DNA from: Octopus vulgaris
Lineage: Eukaryota
Assembly: GCA_951406725.2 (NCBI GenBank)
Contig: OX597817.1
Span: 147,684,001 to 147,748,000 of the forward strand
Direction: 5' to 3'
Length of the DNA: 64,000 nucleotides
The notes under the pieces were generated by a model that searched no databases, was not told the DNA's origin, and was given only the letters and a program-made list of their open reading frames with translations. Below, one piece after another: positions 39,722 to 51,354 of the stretch (its first letter is position 1; every line of letters begins with the position of its first letter). Made by a program: the position numbers and the translations under genes.

Positions 39722-40324
39722 GCATAACTGATACATTATAAAAACATCAATACGGATATGGATATAGATGTTAACATACGAATGCCCTATATCGGATAGA
39801 GACAACCAAATGTTTCTGACGAGCAAAACGTAGAAACGTGCTGATAACAGATGTAAGGGAAATTATTTATCGAACGTTTTCAACAAAATGAAGTAATAGA
39901 TTTTTCCTATGCAACATACGATACCCTACTTAACATTTGAAAGAATAATTGTTTAATTTAAGTGAAATTTTAGCTTTCACTAAATTACATTGTTTATTAA
40001 GTTTCTCATCATATTACAAATATGTCGCATACACTTCTCTATGTTATCTAGCTGTAGAAAGTTGTTGGCATCATACATAACGATAACACACGAAATATGT
40101 TGGCGTGCTTTAAAACAATGGTTAGCATTAAATATCTTCTTACGTCAGTATCTGTGTATTTCCGGTCGTGGTACTCAGTTTCAAGTACATCCAGACAAGG
40201 AACGAAGACTTGCACAGATAGAGAGATTCTTGGTGACGTGTTTACGGTTAATTAGAATAATTACGATAGCAGTAATAATATATATATAATTTACTTATCT
40301 CAATGGGGAAGGTTTTGTAGAATT

Positions 40325-40860
40325 GATAATGATGATAATGGTGGTGGTGGTGGTGATGGTAGTGATGATGATAACGATGAAAATGACGATGATAATGAGG
40401 AGAAATACGATGAGACCGATGAAAATTGCTTCACGATAGTGGTGCCGACGACAACGACTATGATGATGATGATGATTATGATGATGATGGTGGTGGTGGT
40501 GATGATGATGATCTTGATGATGATGGTGGTAGACGAGTTTTGTATGATGATGATGATAATGATGGTGGTGGTGACAATGATGATGATGTTGATGATGATG
40601 ATTGTGGTAGTGGTGGTGGTGGTGATGATGATGGTGGTGGTGGTGGTGGTTGGTGGTGATGATGATCTTGATGATGATGATGGTGGTAGACGAATTTTGT
40701 ATGATGATGATGATGATGATGATAATGATGGTGGTGGTGATTATAGTGGTGGTTGTGGTAGTGGTGTTGTCTATGACCAAACTGATGAAGACGATGATGA
40801 TAATGGTGATGATGATGTGATGGCAGCACGAACGATGACGTTCATAGTGATGCTGATGAT
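40325..40860. repeat. (GAT/GGT)n compound microsatellite with an internal ~45-bp duplication
   Basis: Triplet array; GATCTTGATGATGATGGTGGTAGACGA.TTTTGTATG occurs twice. Source of the His-rich and Asp-rich ORFs. Confidence 0.9.
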
Positions 40861-41851
40861 GCGGACGGTTTAGCATTTTTTATTGTTGGCAGGACATTAA
40901 ATAATGCGATCATGTTACTTTTAATTTTCTGAATGTGTGTGTATGTGTATGTGTGTGTGTGTGTGTGTATGCATTCATGTGTGTGTATGTGTGTGTGTGC
41001 ATGTGTGCGCTTCTGTTTGTATAGAGGGAGATAATAAAAAAAAATCATTTCCATATCTATTACGTTACCGTACACTTTATATTTCACCAGGTAGCAGTAA
41101 GAATAATTAAGTAACTTTTTCCGTCACCCTAAATTAATACAAGGAGCAACACTACCTGCCTTGGAGAAGATTCAATCTCATGACCTGCCAGTCTTTCAGT
41201 AGAAGATAAATTATTAGTTCCCTCATTTTGTCGGACATATTTCTGTAAAATATGGCAGCAAAGCACGTCTGGTAAATAGACAGAAAATTATTCATTTGAA
41301 TGCTTGATAACATTCTCCTCAAGGACTTCTGAGACAATGTGGACAAATTAATAATTAAATATTGACTGCTTCTATAGAAATAATGGCATTACTACTTCAT
41401 ATAACTTTCTGCTATTTAACTTTTCTGAAATAGAAGAAAAAGTTTTTATGTTCGTTTTCTTTCATATATTATCAGATTAATTTATAAACATCTATTTGCT
41501 CTTAAAATCGCTTTCTTCCATAATTTAGCTTACTGCTGTGCTGACCTCTGTTTCATATCTAAATTAAAAATACATGCTATGTTCTTATGTAGGGACAGAC
41601 AAACTTTGAGAAAATTATTTCTAATATGTGTGTGTATATATGTAAATACATGTCATTGCTTATTATCTGCGAATTTTTCATGTCTAGATCTTTCATACGT
41701 TCTCTACTTGTCTCTGATGACAGAATACCCCATATTCAAGCATGCCCCACAGCTGTAAGACCTCAACTAATTTAAGAATAATATGAAATAGTGTATATGA
41801 TTTGAGATGGTTGTTATGCCTCGGCGTTTGTTGTCCTATATATATATATAC

Positions 41852-41966
41852 TATTTCAAAGAGCAGAAATATAACAAAACCTGTTACTCAGAGTTTCACG
41901 TTCCGACGAACGGGAACCTCAAACTCTGAGTAACAGCTTTTGTTATATTTCTGCTGCTTTTAAATA
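41852..41966. repeat. Foldback element with hammerhead-like remnants
   Basis: Arms GCAGAAATATAACAAAA.CTGTTACTCAGAGTTT / AAACTCTGAGTAACAG.TTTTGTTATATTTCTGC around CACGTTCCGACGAACGGGAACCTC. Confidence 0.75.
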
Positions 41967-41983
41967 AAATTTTCTCAAAACAA

Positions 41984-42293
41984 CTTGTCCGACCGGCCCA
42001 TAGGCCTCCTCTTTGAGAAACTCTGATTTAACCTAAATTTGAGACACCACCAAAACAAGAAATAAAGATAGACTTTTTTCTATTCCAAGAAAAACGATTT
42101 TACCAAAGCACGTTCCCACGGCTTTATCGATCGCATTCTCACCTGGAATCGATTTTTGTAATTTTTTCAAAACTTATACACGCCCTGATACCGTCGGTAT
42201 CTACATGTCAAATTTGAGCGCAATCGGATGGAGGATGCCCGAGATCCTAGAAGACACACACACAGTCAGACAGAACGGATTTTATATAAATGA
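41984..42293 (-). mobile_element. Probable non-autonomous Helitron-like element
   Basis: Minus strand starts ATCATTTATATAAAATCCGTTCTGTCTG(TG)n...CCGATTGCGCTCAAATTTG and ends with hairpin GGCCTATGGGCC before CAAG. Confidence 0.5.
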
Positions 42294-43572
42294 TATATGA
42301 GCGTGTGTGTGTGTGTGTGTGTATGTATGTATATAAGTAAAGAATATGTTTGTATACATACACACATACACGCGCACACATCTGGTAGTTGAGGAAATTA
42401 AAACTCCAAATAACCGCTTGTACTGTATTGTGTATTTCACACAAGAATAGAACAAAGTCTGAAGAAAGTTATAGATTCTCCTTTGATTTATAAAAGCAAT
42501 GTTCAACGATGATGGCAAGAAGGTGACGAAAAAACATAGAATAAGTAGAGAAAGTAAATGTTTTACTCATTATATATTTAATTATATTTCAAAAGCAAAA
42601 TAAAACAAATTATCATTTAGACCGCCATACTGATCAGTTTCCAAATTGCTTTGTAACACAAAAATTTCTGGTCGATTTTCCCTCCTCTTAACAGTTCGAC
42701 ACCTTACAAAGGGAATATATATATATAGTGATGCATCTCTAACAGATTAGTCATCTGTTTATTAGTCCGTTGTGAGTTTGAATTAGTGGAGAATAACTAG
42801 AGAACCATGCCATCCGATAAATGATTCATAAACTTGCACAGCATGGTCTATTCATAAATGCTGAATAAAACATACATACTAAACTAATGAAAGCTGCTAG
42901 TAAATGCCATCTCACGACAAGCTACTATTCTCCAACTCCCAAACGTGCCTTTAGTTTTTGTATGAATAGTAAACACATAAAATTATTGTTTAAAATCAAC
43001 TTTGAGATTATCCAAGCATCTAAGGATAATATCATTATTCCAATATCGCCATCTAATGTCATATTTCATTGAGATTAGCGTCTAATCTTGGGCAAGTTGT
43101 GAATATTTATTACATTTATTTCACAGTATATGATCATGCCTACAGAATGTTTCTTTCGTTAAAGAACTGGCGACAAAATCACAACAGTTTTAGCAATACA
43201 AAATTAATCTTGCCCCAACAGGACCGATGTATAAACGGGTGATAATTTGAATAACTAGACAGGAAGTTATTTAAATTGCGTGGCTGGAAAGCGAGGTAGA
43301 ATAACAAAAAGCAACGACAATTATAATAGAAATAAGATATCTTTAAGCCGAAAACCCATAACAAAGTTTATAGCTCTTTCACTTCAATAACGCTTTTAAC
43401 AACTTTGAAAAAAGGCTGGAAGTCAAACTCCCATTCGTTCTTCTCCACCATTATAACCAAAGCGAAAAAATCTCGCCAAATTCTAATATAAAGCGCAGCT
43501 AATAAATTGGGAGCATGGCTAAATACAAAAGGTTAACATTCTGTGTATCTGTTTAGTTAATACGCTTCGAAG

Positions 43573-43944
43573 CGTGGAGGCGCAATGGCCCAGTGGTTAG
43601 GGCAGCGGACTCGCGGTTTCGATTCCCAGACCGGGCGTTGTGAGTGTTTATTGAGCGAAAACACCTAAAGCTCCACGAGGCTCCGGCAGGGATGGTGGTG
43701 ATCCCTGCTGTACTCTTTCACCACAACTTTCTCTCACTCTTACTTCCTGTTTCTGTTGTACCTGTATTTCAAAGGGTCGGCCTTGTCACACTTTGTATCA
43801 TGCTGAATATCCCCGAGAACTACGTTAAGGGTACACGTGTCTGTGGAGTGCTCAGCCACTTACACGTTAATTTCACGATCAGGCTGTTCCGTTGATCGGA
43901 TCAACCGGAACCCTCATCGTCGTAACCGACGGAGTGCTTCCACC
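43573..43944 (+). mobile_element. tRNA-derived SINE family C, tail type 1, 11-bp TSD
   Basis: A box TGGCCCAGTGG, B box GGTTTCGATTCC; TSD ACGCTTCGAAG at 43562-43572 and 43945-43955. Confidence 0.92.
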
Positions 43945-44410
43945 ACGCTTCGAAGTAATGTAAGCCCCGCAGCAATAGCAATAACAAATAAAATTTAAGG
44001 CCATTTTCCCTGATAAAGCATGGGTTAGCTGTGCGGATTTCTTCTTATTCAACTGTGGTGGTCATCTTACACTTTTTGAAGCAGGGACATACTGCTGGAT
44101 GCTCCTCCTATCACCAACTCTTTCAATCGTTTCTTACGGCAAACGAGGTTGCGATGTACCTCGTTCGACTGGCAGAAATAAACAATAACTTCAGTTTATA
44201 ACAGATTTTTAAAAAAAATTCATTTCGGGAATGATAAGTGGAGTAGGATAGCCATTTTCATAACTCCTCTTCCCTTCTAAACTCCCTCCTCCTCCCCCTA
44301 TTCTAAGACACGAGTCGGTTGTAGATGATGCAGTAACTGAAACTATACAACAAAGCGGTGTCATCAGCACCTTGGTGTTTATACCCTCAGTAGACGAGAC
44401 AGCAACAAGT

Positions 44411-44726
44411 GCAATGGCGCAATGGCCCAATGGTTAGGGCAGTGGACTCGCGGTCGGAGGATCGCTGTTTCGATTCCCAGACCTGGCGTTGTGTGTGTTT
44501 ATTGAGCGAAAACACCTAAAGTGGTGGCGACCTCTGTTGTACTCTTTCGCCCCACCTTTCTCTCACTCTTTCTTCCGGTTTCTTGTCCTCAACTTCCTAC
44601 GCAACCGCTGAGCCTGGATGCGTATTCATCCGTCCGCCGATGCTCTCGGTGTCGGGGGTTGACCTGCTTTCTCTTCTGCGGGTCTTACGAATAGCAAAGA
44701 TCCACGGTTCGAACCGCTCAACAGCA
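44411..44726 (+). mobile_element. SINE family C, tail type 2
   Basis: Same head as 43575 but a different 3' half; TSD ACAGCAA(C/T)AAGT at 44399-44410 and 44727-44738. Confidence 0.88.
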
Positions 44727-46208
44727 ACAGCAATAAGTAAGTTGAATCTTGGGAAATTTGTGCTGAGATCTTGCACTTTGGTTGCGGTCGTAGCTCTCAG
44801 AATCTTCGCGAACTTATTTGTGTGGTCTGAATAGAATATTGCTGTTCCCGAGGACTGGAAAGATGCAGTTGTCCTCTCGAAAGAAAATGAAGTCAGAATA
44901 AAGAGTGGCAACCATAGAGATATTACTCTACTGTCAGTTACCGTCAAGGTTCTGATAGGTGTTCTTCTTACCCGCCGGAATAAATACCTTGTAGATGACG
45001 TCCTATCTGAATCTTAATATTAGTTTCGATCTGGTATAGGAACAATGGATGTGATATTCACAGCAAGACAGACGCAGAAGGGTTATGAATAAAAGATGGA
45101 TAATATCCAGATTTTTATTCATTTAACCAAAACTTTCGATAATGTGAATAGGGACTCCCTGTGAAAAATACCCAGCAAACTTGGTGAGCCGAGTTACATT
45201 TTATCGATAACTAAATCATTTCATGATGTGATGGCCGTATGGATCAATGTTAGTGATGGCATGGCGTGTTCCAATCCTGTAGAGAATGCTGCTAAACAAG
45301 ATGGCATCCTTGCCCCAATACTCTTTTACTTGTATTTTGTTGTCACTCTCGTTCATGATTTTACCTTGGTTTGCTCTTCTGGAATACATAGGAGGTACCG
45401 AACTCCTTGTCGTCTCTTTAACTTACGTCAATATGATGCCAATTTGTCTCAATCTTATGTCAATTCGAAAGTTTTTCATTCTTTTCTTCTTTATACGAAT
45501 GACTGCAACTTAGCAGCACATTCAGTGAAACTCATGCAAATTATCGTGGGTCATATTTCTGCATCTTGCAAAACATCTGGATTCAGCATTAGCCTAAGAC
45601 ACCTGTTGTAAATTCTCTAGCTATGGAAGCCATATGTGAAACCATTTATCTTAGTTGAAGGAAAAGTAATGAAAGTGGGAAGCAAGCTTGACTCCCTGGG
45701 CCGCACATTCGGTTGTTCTTGCACTTTGGATGATGAAATTTCCTTAAAACTTCAAAAATCAATTAATTCCTTGCAAGTTCCTGAGTTTTGTGTCAGATCT
45801 TGACATGGTTTGACAAAGTGAATAACAGTTGCTGTGTACTGTGAGTGTGTGCTGACGTTGCACCTGTAATCATGTGATCCACTGACGCTTGACAGGCATC
45901 ATATAAGGGTCCTTCAACGCTTCGATCAGAGATATTTCAGACATATTTGGCAGGTCCTTGGGGACTCCAGATAGATAGGGCTTGAGGGGAACCGATATCC
46001 ACATCATTGAAGGTGATCATTGAAGCACCATTTGCGTTAGACAGGACACCTTGTTCGGATAAAGGATTGGAAAATTCGTTGACAGATGCTATATTGCGAA
46101 CTTGTTCGTGGAAAGCGCATCCAGCGGAAACTAAGGCTGCAATTTAATGATTGTATAAAGTCCTCCTCGAAAGCATGTGGGTAATGGGAAGCTAATTGGG
46201 AAAGCTAA

Positions 46209-46511
46209 TTGGAGGCGCATGGCCTAGTGGTTTGAGCAGCGGCCCCGCGGTCGAGGGACGGCAGGTTCGAATCTCAGACCGGGCGATGTGTGTGTTTATG
46301 AGCGAAACACCTAAGCTCCACGCGGCTCCGGCAGAAGGTAATGGCTAACATCTGCTGACTCTTTCGCCACAACTTTCTCTCACTCTTTCCTCCTTCATCT
46401 TGCAGCTCACCTGCGACGGACCGGCGTCCCGTCCAGGTGGGGAACATATACGACAAGGAAACTGGGAAACCGGCACCCATGAGTCAGGCGTGGTTCGAGA
46501 AGGAACAAAAC
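46209..46511 (+). mobile_element. SINE family C, tail type 3
   Basis: Same head; tail contains CCTGCGACGGACCGGCGTCCCGTCCAGG; TSD AATTGGGAAAG at 46194-46204 and 46512-46522. Confidence 0.88.
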
Positions 46512-46868
46512 AATTGGGAAAGGAATGACTGTCATATCCAGCATCGGAGAAAACGAATAGTGGAAGGAGAGAAGTGGCTAATTTCAAAAGAACAGACATT
46601 TTTCTTGCAAAATTTGATCGAGCTGCTCGAAAACGCTCCACCATTGGCGTGACTGGAGAAAGCTTGGTCTGCAATATCTGCGGAAGTTTGTGGTTATCAA
46701 GAGGTGGGCTCATTAGTCACCAGTGTAAAGGTGCAAATTTGTCTCGGTCTCCATTGTTCATAAAGGTCGGCAGCCATCATTTTCGGTCACGAAAAGACAG
46801 CAATCATAACCAGAATATACATGTATGTATATGTATCTACATACATACACACACGCATACACATATAA

Positions 46869-47063
46869 TTACTTGTTTCAGTCATTTGACTGCGGCCATA
46901 CTGGAGCACCGCCTTTAGTCGAGCAAATCGTCCCCAGGACTTATTCTTTGTAAGACTAGTACTTATTATATCGGTTTCTTTTGCCGAACCGCTAGGTTAC
47001 GGGGATGTTAACATAGCAGCACCGGTTGCCAAGCGATGTTGCGAGACAAACACAGATACAAAA

Positions 47064-47133
<70 letters not shown>

Positions 47134-47295
47134 GACGGGCTTCTTTCAGTTTCCTTCTACCAAATCCATTCACAAAGCTTTGGTCGGCCCGAGGTTATAG
47201 TAGAAGACATTTGCCCAAGGCGCCTCGAAGTGGGACTGAACCAGGAACCATGTGGCTGGTCTTCAAGCAAGTTACCATACAGCCACTCCTGCGCC
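46869..47295 (-). mobile_element. SINE family A
   Basis: Complete reverse copy with (CA)n(TA)n spacer. Confidence 0.92.
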
Positions 47296-47409
47296 CACAT
47301 ATATCTTTATATACACACATATATTTATATATATATATATGTAGGTCCCGGGTTGAGTCGGGGTTAACCACAGTAAATAAGGTACTCAATACATAGCAGA
47401 GTAAAGTAA

Positions 47410-47536
47410 TTTATTTTATAGAAGGAGCTTCTACAGGACTAGAACTGTTTCATTCAGATGAAATCTTCAGTGAGCTTCCTGAAGATTTCATCTGAATGAA
47501 ACAGTTCTAGTCCTGTAGAAGCTCCTTCTATAAAAT

Positions 47537-47539
<3 letters not shown>
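47410..47539. repeat. Perfect 61-bp inverted repeat with 8-nt spacer, inside a TA tract
   Basis: 47410-47470 is the exact reverse complement of 47479-47539. Confidence 0.95.
47472..47524 (+). ncRNA. Type I hammerhead ribozyme
   Basis: GAGCTTC-CTGAAGA-TTTCATCTGAAT-GAAA-CAG(ttctagtc)CTG-TA-GAAGCTC. 7-bp stem I, intact core, short stem II TTC/GAA, GUA site after 47517. Confidence 0.8.
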
Positions 47540-47588
<49 letters not shown>

Positions 47589-47651
47589 TATATTCTGTTA
47601 AATGAAGGAACGGTGACGAGTGGTAATTCTGTAAATAATAATAATGATAAT

Positions 47652-47825
47652 ACAGTTCTATATTTAACAGATGAAGAATTATGTACGTTATTTACATTTG
47701 ACGGATATTTGTCCTCATCTTGTTTGTTGTTAACACAATATTTCGGCTGATATACCCTCTAGCCTTCATCAGGTGTCTTGGGGAAATTGCGAACCTGGGT
47801 TCTCATTCCTAAGGTATTGATGTTG

Positions 47826-47864
<39 letters not shown>

Positions 47865-47944
47865 TCGTCACTGCCTCGAATCGAACTCGGAATCCTGGGG
47901 TTAGTAGCCAGCGCTCTTAACCACTACGCCATATGCCCGTGGGC
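47652..47944 (-). mobile_element. tRNA-headed, hammerhead-bearing short retroelement with 14-bp TSD
   Basis: Minus strand: GGGCATATGGCGTAGTGGTTAAGAGCGC..GAGTTCGATTC head, (AAT)n, HHR, then an AT-rich tail. ATAATAATGATAAT occurs at 47638-47651 and 47945-47958. Confidence 0.8.
47732..47777 (-). ncRNA. Minimal type I hammerhead ribozyme (Penelope-type)
   Basis: Minus strand GACAC-CTGATGA-A-GGCT(agagggtatatc)AGCC-GAAA-TA-TT-GTGTT. Stem I GACAC/GTGTT; the stem III remnant is the palindrome ATAT. Confidence 0.75.
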
Positions 47945-48131
47945 ATAATAATGATAATCATAATCCTAAGCTTTAAATTTATAAGCGATAACCGTGCATT
48001 GGCTAAAGAAAATAGTCTAATATTTAGGGATATTGTGTCGAGGGCTTATAATCCCCAATGTCAGACAATTTTCTAAACCAATGCACGGTGAGCGCTTATA
48101 AGCTTATATTTCTTATTATTTACAGAATATA

Positions 48132-48725
48132 GGCTGCGAGCTGGCAGAAACGTTAGCACGCCGGACGAAATGCTTAGCGGTATTTCGTCTGCCGCTACTT
48201 TCTGAGTTCAAATTTCGCCGAGGTCGACTTTGCCTTTCATCCTTTCGGGGTCGATTAAATAAGTACCAGTTACGCACTGGGGTCGATATAATCGACTTAA
48301 TCCATTTGTCTGACCTTGTTTGTCCCTTCTGTGTTTAACCCCTTGTGGGTAGTAAAGAAATAGGTATTTCGTCTGCCGTTACGTTCAAATTCCGCCGAGG
48401 TCGACTTTACCTTTCATCCTTTCTGATTCGATTAAATAAGTACTAGTTACGCACTCTGATCGATATAATCGGCTTAATCTGTTTGCCTGTCCTTCTTTGT
48501 CCCCTCTGTGTGTAGCCCTTTGTGGGCAGTAGAGAAATAAGAATCGTTAGGCACGCCGGACGGGAAAATGCTTAGCGTTATTTCGTCTGTCTTTACATGC
48601 TAGATTCAAATTCCGACGAGATCGACCTTGTCTTTCATCTTTTCGGGGTTGATAACATAAGTACCACATGTCTACTGGAGTCGATGCAACCGACTATCCC
48701 CCACTCCCAATTTTTCAGCCCTTCT
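48132..48725 (+). mobile_element. SINE family B dimer plus an older adjacent copy
   Basis: Head at about 48132, second body 48362-48540, diverged copy 48541-48725. Confidence 0.88.
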
Positions 48726-48822
48726 GCCAATCAAATAAATAATTATTTACAGTATGTATATGTATATATATATCTACTGTAAATAATTACAGTATATGTA
48801 TATGTATATGTATATGTATATA

Positions 48823-49092
48823 TGGAGGTGCAATGGCCTAGTGTTTAGGATCGCGGTTTCGATACCCGGATTGAGCGTTGTGAATGTCTATTGAGCAAAA
48901 AACATCTAAAGCTTCACGATCTCCGGCAGGGCGCGGTGGCGATCCCTGCTTTACTCTTTCGTCACAACTTTCTCTGACTCTTTCTTCTGTTGGCCTGCTC
49001 GCTTAGTCAGCGGGGTGGCGTCAGTTGAAGGCTAAAACAATGCGAAGAGCATTGTGACCAGCGATGTGTAGCAACATCTGATAGCCTGGTCG
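48823..49092 (+). mobile_element. SINE family C, tail type 4
   Basis: Same head; tail TGTTGGCCTGCTCGCTTAG...GATAGCCTGGTCG is unrelated to tails 1-3. Confidence 0.8.
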
Positions 49093-49469
49093 TAAACAAA
49101 AAATGTATATATGTATACACACATACACTATGGATGAATAAGAATTATAGAGTAAAGGCTCAGCCTGCGCATTTCAACTTGCATTTATCAGAATTTTCGA
49201 AGCACCGACAGTAATCGAATCAGTCTGTAGTAGCCATTAACCCTAAATCCCAAGATGTAGACACTCTCCCTCTCATACGTATCAATAAACACATCTAGAT
49301 ACGAAGTATAATTATGTATGTGTGTTATATATGTGTGTTTGTATGTATATACATACATAAACATATGTGCGTCCATATAAGATACTTGTGAATCTGTTTA
49401 TGAATATCATATCTGAAATAACAAACATACGAGTGTCTGTATAATTGTATAATCTTATGTATATTATAC

Positions 49470-49522
<53 letters not shown>

Positions 49523-49523
49523 G

Positions 49524-49556
<33 letters not shown>

Positions 49557-49605
49557 GTATATATATATGTATGTATGTATGTATGTATGCATGTATGTAC
49601 TTATA

Positions 49606-49794
49606 GGCGTAGGAATGGCTATGCGGTAAGTAGCTTGCGTACAAATCACATGGTTCCGGGTTCTGTCCCACTGCGTGGACCCTTCGGCAAATGTCTTCTA
49701 CTATAGCCTTGGGACGACCAAAGACTTATGAGTGGATTTGGTAGACAGAAACTGAAAGAAACCCGTCGTATATATATATACATACACACACACG

Positions 49795-49842
<48 letters not shown>

Positions 49843-50083
49843 GACGTATATATATATATACATACATATATATGTATATATATATGTGTGTGTGTGTTTG
49901 TTCCTCCCACCAACATCGCTTGACAACCGATGCTGGTGTGTTTACATCCCAGTTCTGAAAAAGAGACCAAAAGAATAAGTACTAGGCTCACAAAGAATGT
50001 CTTAGGGTCTATTTGCTCCACTAACGGCGATGCTCCAGCATGGGCGCAGTCAAATGACTGAAACGAGTAAAAGAATATAAGAA
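49606..50083 (+). mobile_element. SINE family A
   Basis: Head, TA spacer and tail. Confidence 0.9.
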
Positions 50084-50613
50084 TACATAAATATATATGT
50101 ATATATAACTCTTACATAATCGTATTCAATATATGTATATATAACTGCTAGAGAACGATATGCATACTGACATAAAAGAAAGCACATGCCCACACTTATA
50201 GAGAGAGAAAAGGATTATATTCCAACTGGAAATGATAATGTACGCGCACCATATTAGCATATATGTCCCGTCAGCGTCAGAGTAAACTCGTATTGTATTC
50301 TTTCCCGAAATGTAAAATATTCCTGGGAGAATGTAATTATTATTTATCAAGAGTGTAATGTTATGTTTTTCTGTGAATACGTGAGAAGCCATATGTTGGT
50401 TCAACACAGCAGTTATAGGGTTTTGGGTGTTTTTTTTTCTTATATTTTTTTGTAAGCGACGGAATATAGCTGAAGGCGTGGTTATTAACTGTGTATCCAT
50501 GTAACCAGGGGGTAACCAGACTGGAAGGCGTGTTTTATTTGCACTGCAGGCTGTTACTATATACATAACGATAAGTGTCTATGTACTTTGGGCATATGGC
50601 ATTATATGTATTA

Positions 50614-50645
<32 letters not shown>

Positions 50646-51186
50646 TTGTATGTGTGTGTGTATGTGTGTGTATAAAAACAGAGGAACACTGGCGTACACA
50701 CAGATACATGCATAGACACACACACACATGCGCACGCATATAGACGCATACACATATACATATGTAACATGTATAAAACCATATTCATACATGGATATTG
50801 ATACGTCTCTGAAAAAATATGACAGTGAGTGTTTGGCGTTGCGAGTGTATATTGCGTGTATATGTTCGTACGTATGGATGCAGTCATTCATTAGACAATC
50901 GTTAAGAAATTCGCTTTGCAATCTTTATACAACAGGTTCAATTCCATCGGGTGGCACTATGGGCAAATATCTTAAGGTGCGTCGTTCTCTGTGAGTAAAA
51001 TTGGATTCACTGAAACGGTTTTTTAGCACGTGTATATTATACATTTAGCAACATTGAAGAGAATGTAGATATATACATAAGAAAATTTCTATGACAGACA
51101 GAGACTTTATTTCAAAAATTTTGCCATAAAGGCACGATACAGAGTAGACTTGTTCCTTTATGTTTGACGTAATGAGATTGTATTGT

Positions 51187-51248
<62 letters not shown>

Positions 51249-51354
51249 CGTGCGTGTTTGTGTGTGTGTCTGAATCTATCTACCTGTCTTTCTAGTCTTT
51301 CTGATATCAAGTGAATGTTCCACTTACAGCCCAACGATGCATCATATTAGGCAA

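Larger units (their letters stand above)
44300..46815 (+). pseudogene. Decayed RTE-clade LINE (RT and C-terminal CCHH finger) hosting two family C SINEs
   Basis: PEDWKDA, GNHRDITLLSVTVKVL (cf. NYRGISLLS..GK), KQDGILAPILF (cf. KQGCVLAP.LF), LLYTNDC (cf. LFADD), GHLVR and VCNICG..WLSRGGLISH, with many stops. Confidence 0.85.
47626..48128. mobile_element. Foldback/MITE-like element interrupted by the 47652-47944 insertion
   Basis: ATTCTGTAAATAATAA / TTATTATTTACAGAAT ends; internal arms TATAAGCG..ACCGTGCATTGG..AGAAAAT.GTCT / AGACAATTTTCT..CCAATGCACGGT..CGCTTATA. Confidence 0.75.

Noticed and set aside
39812-39850. TGTTT-CTGACGA-GCAAAACGTA-GAAA-CG..TAACA hammerhead-like string
   Set aside because: Stem II is poorly paired and there is no UH site next to stem I; at best a very old remnant.
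40295-40876. His/Ile/Thr-rich and Asp/Gly-rich ORFs up to 193 aa
   Set aside because: Pure translation of a (GAT/GGT)n microsatellite, open in several frames on both strands.
47867-47938. Possible real tRNA gene (likewise the heads of SINE families A, B and C)
   Set aside because: A and B boxes are present but the acceptor and T stems do not pair properly, and each head continues into a repeat body, so these are SINE heads.
50126-50566. 146-aa minus-strand ORF
   Set aside because: No recognisable domain; the ends run into simple repeats and I saw no splice or codon evidence.
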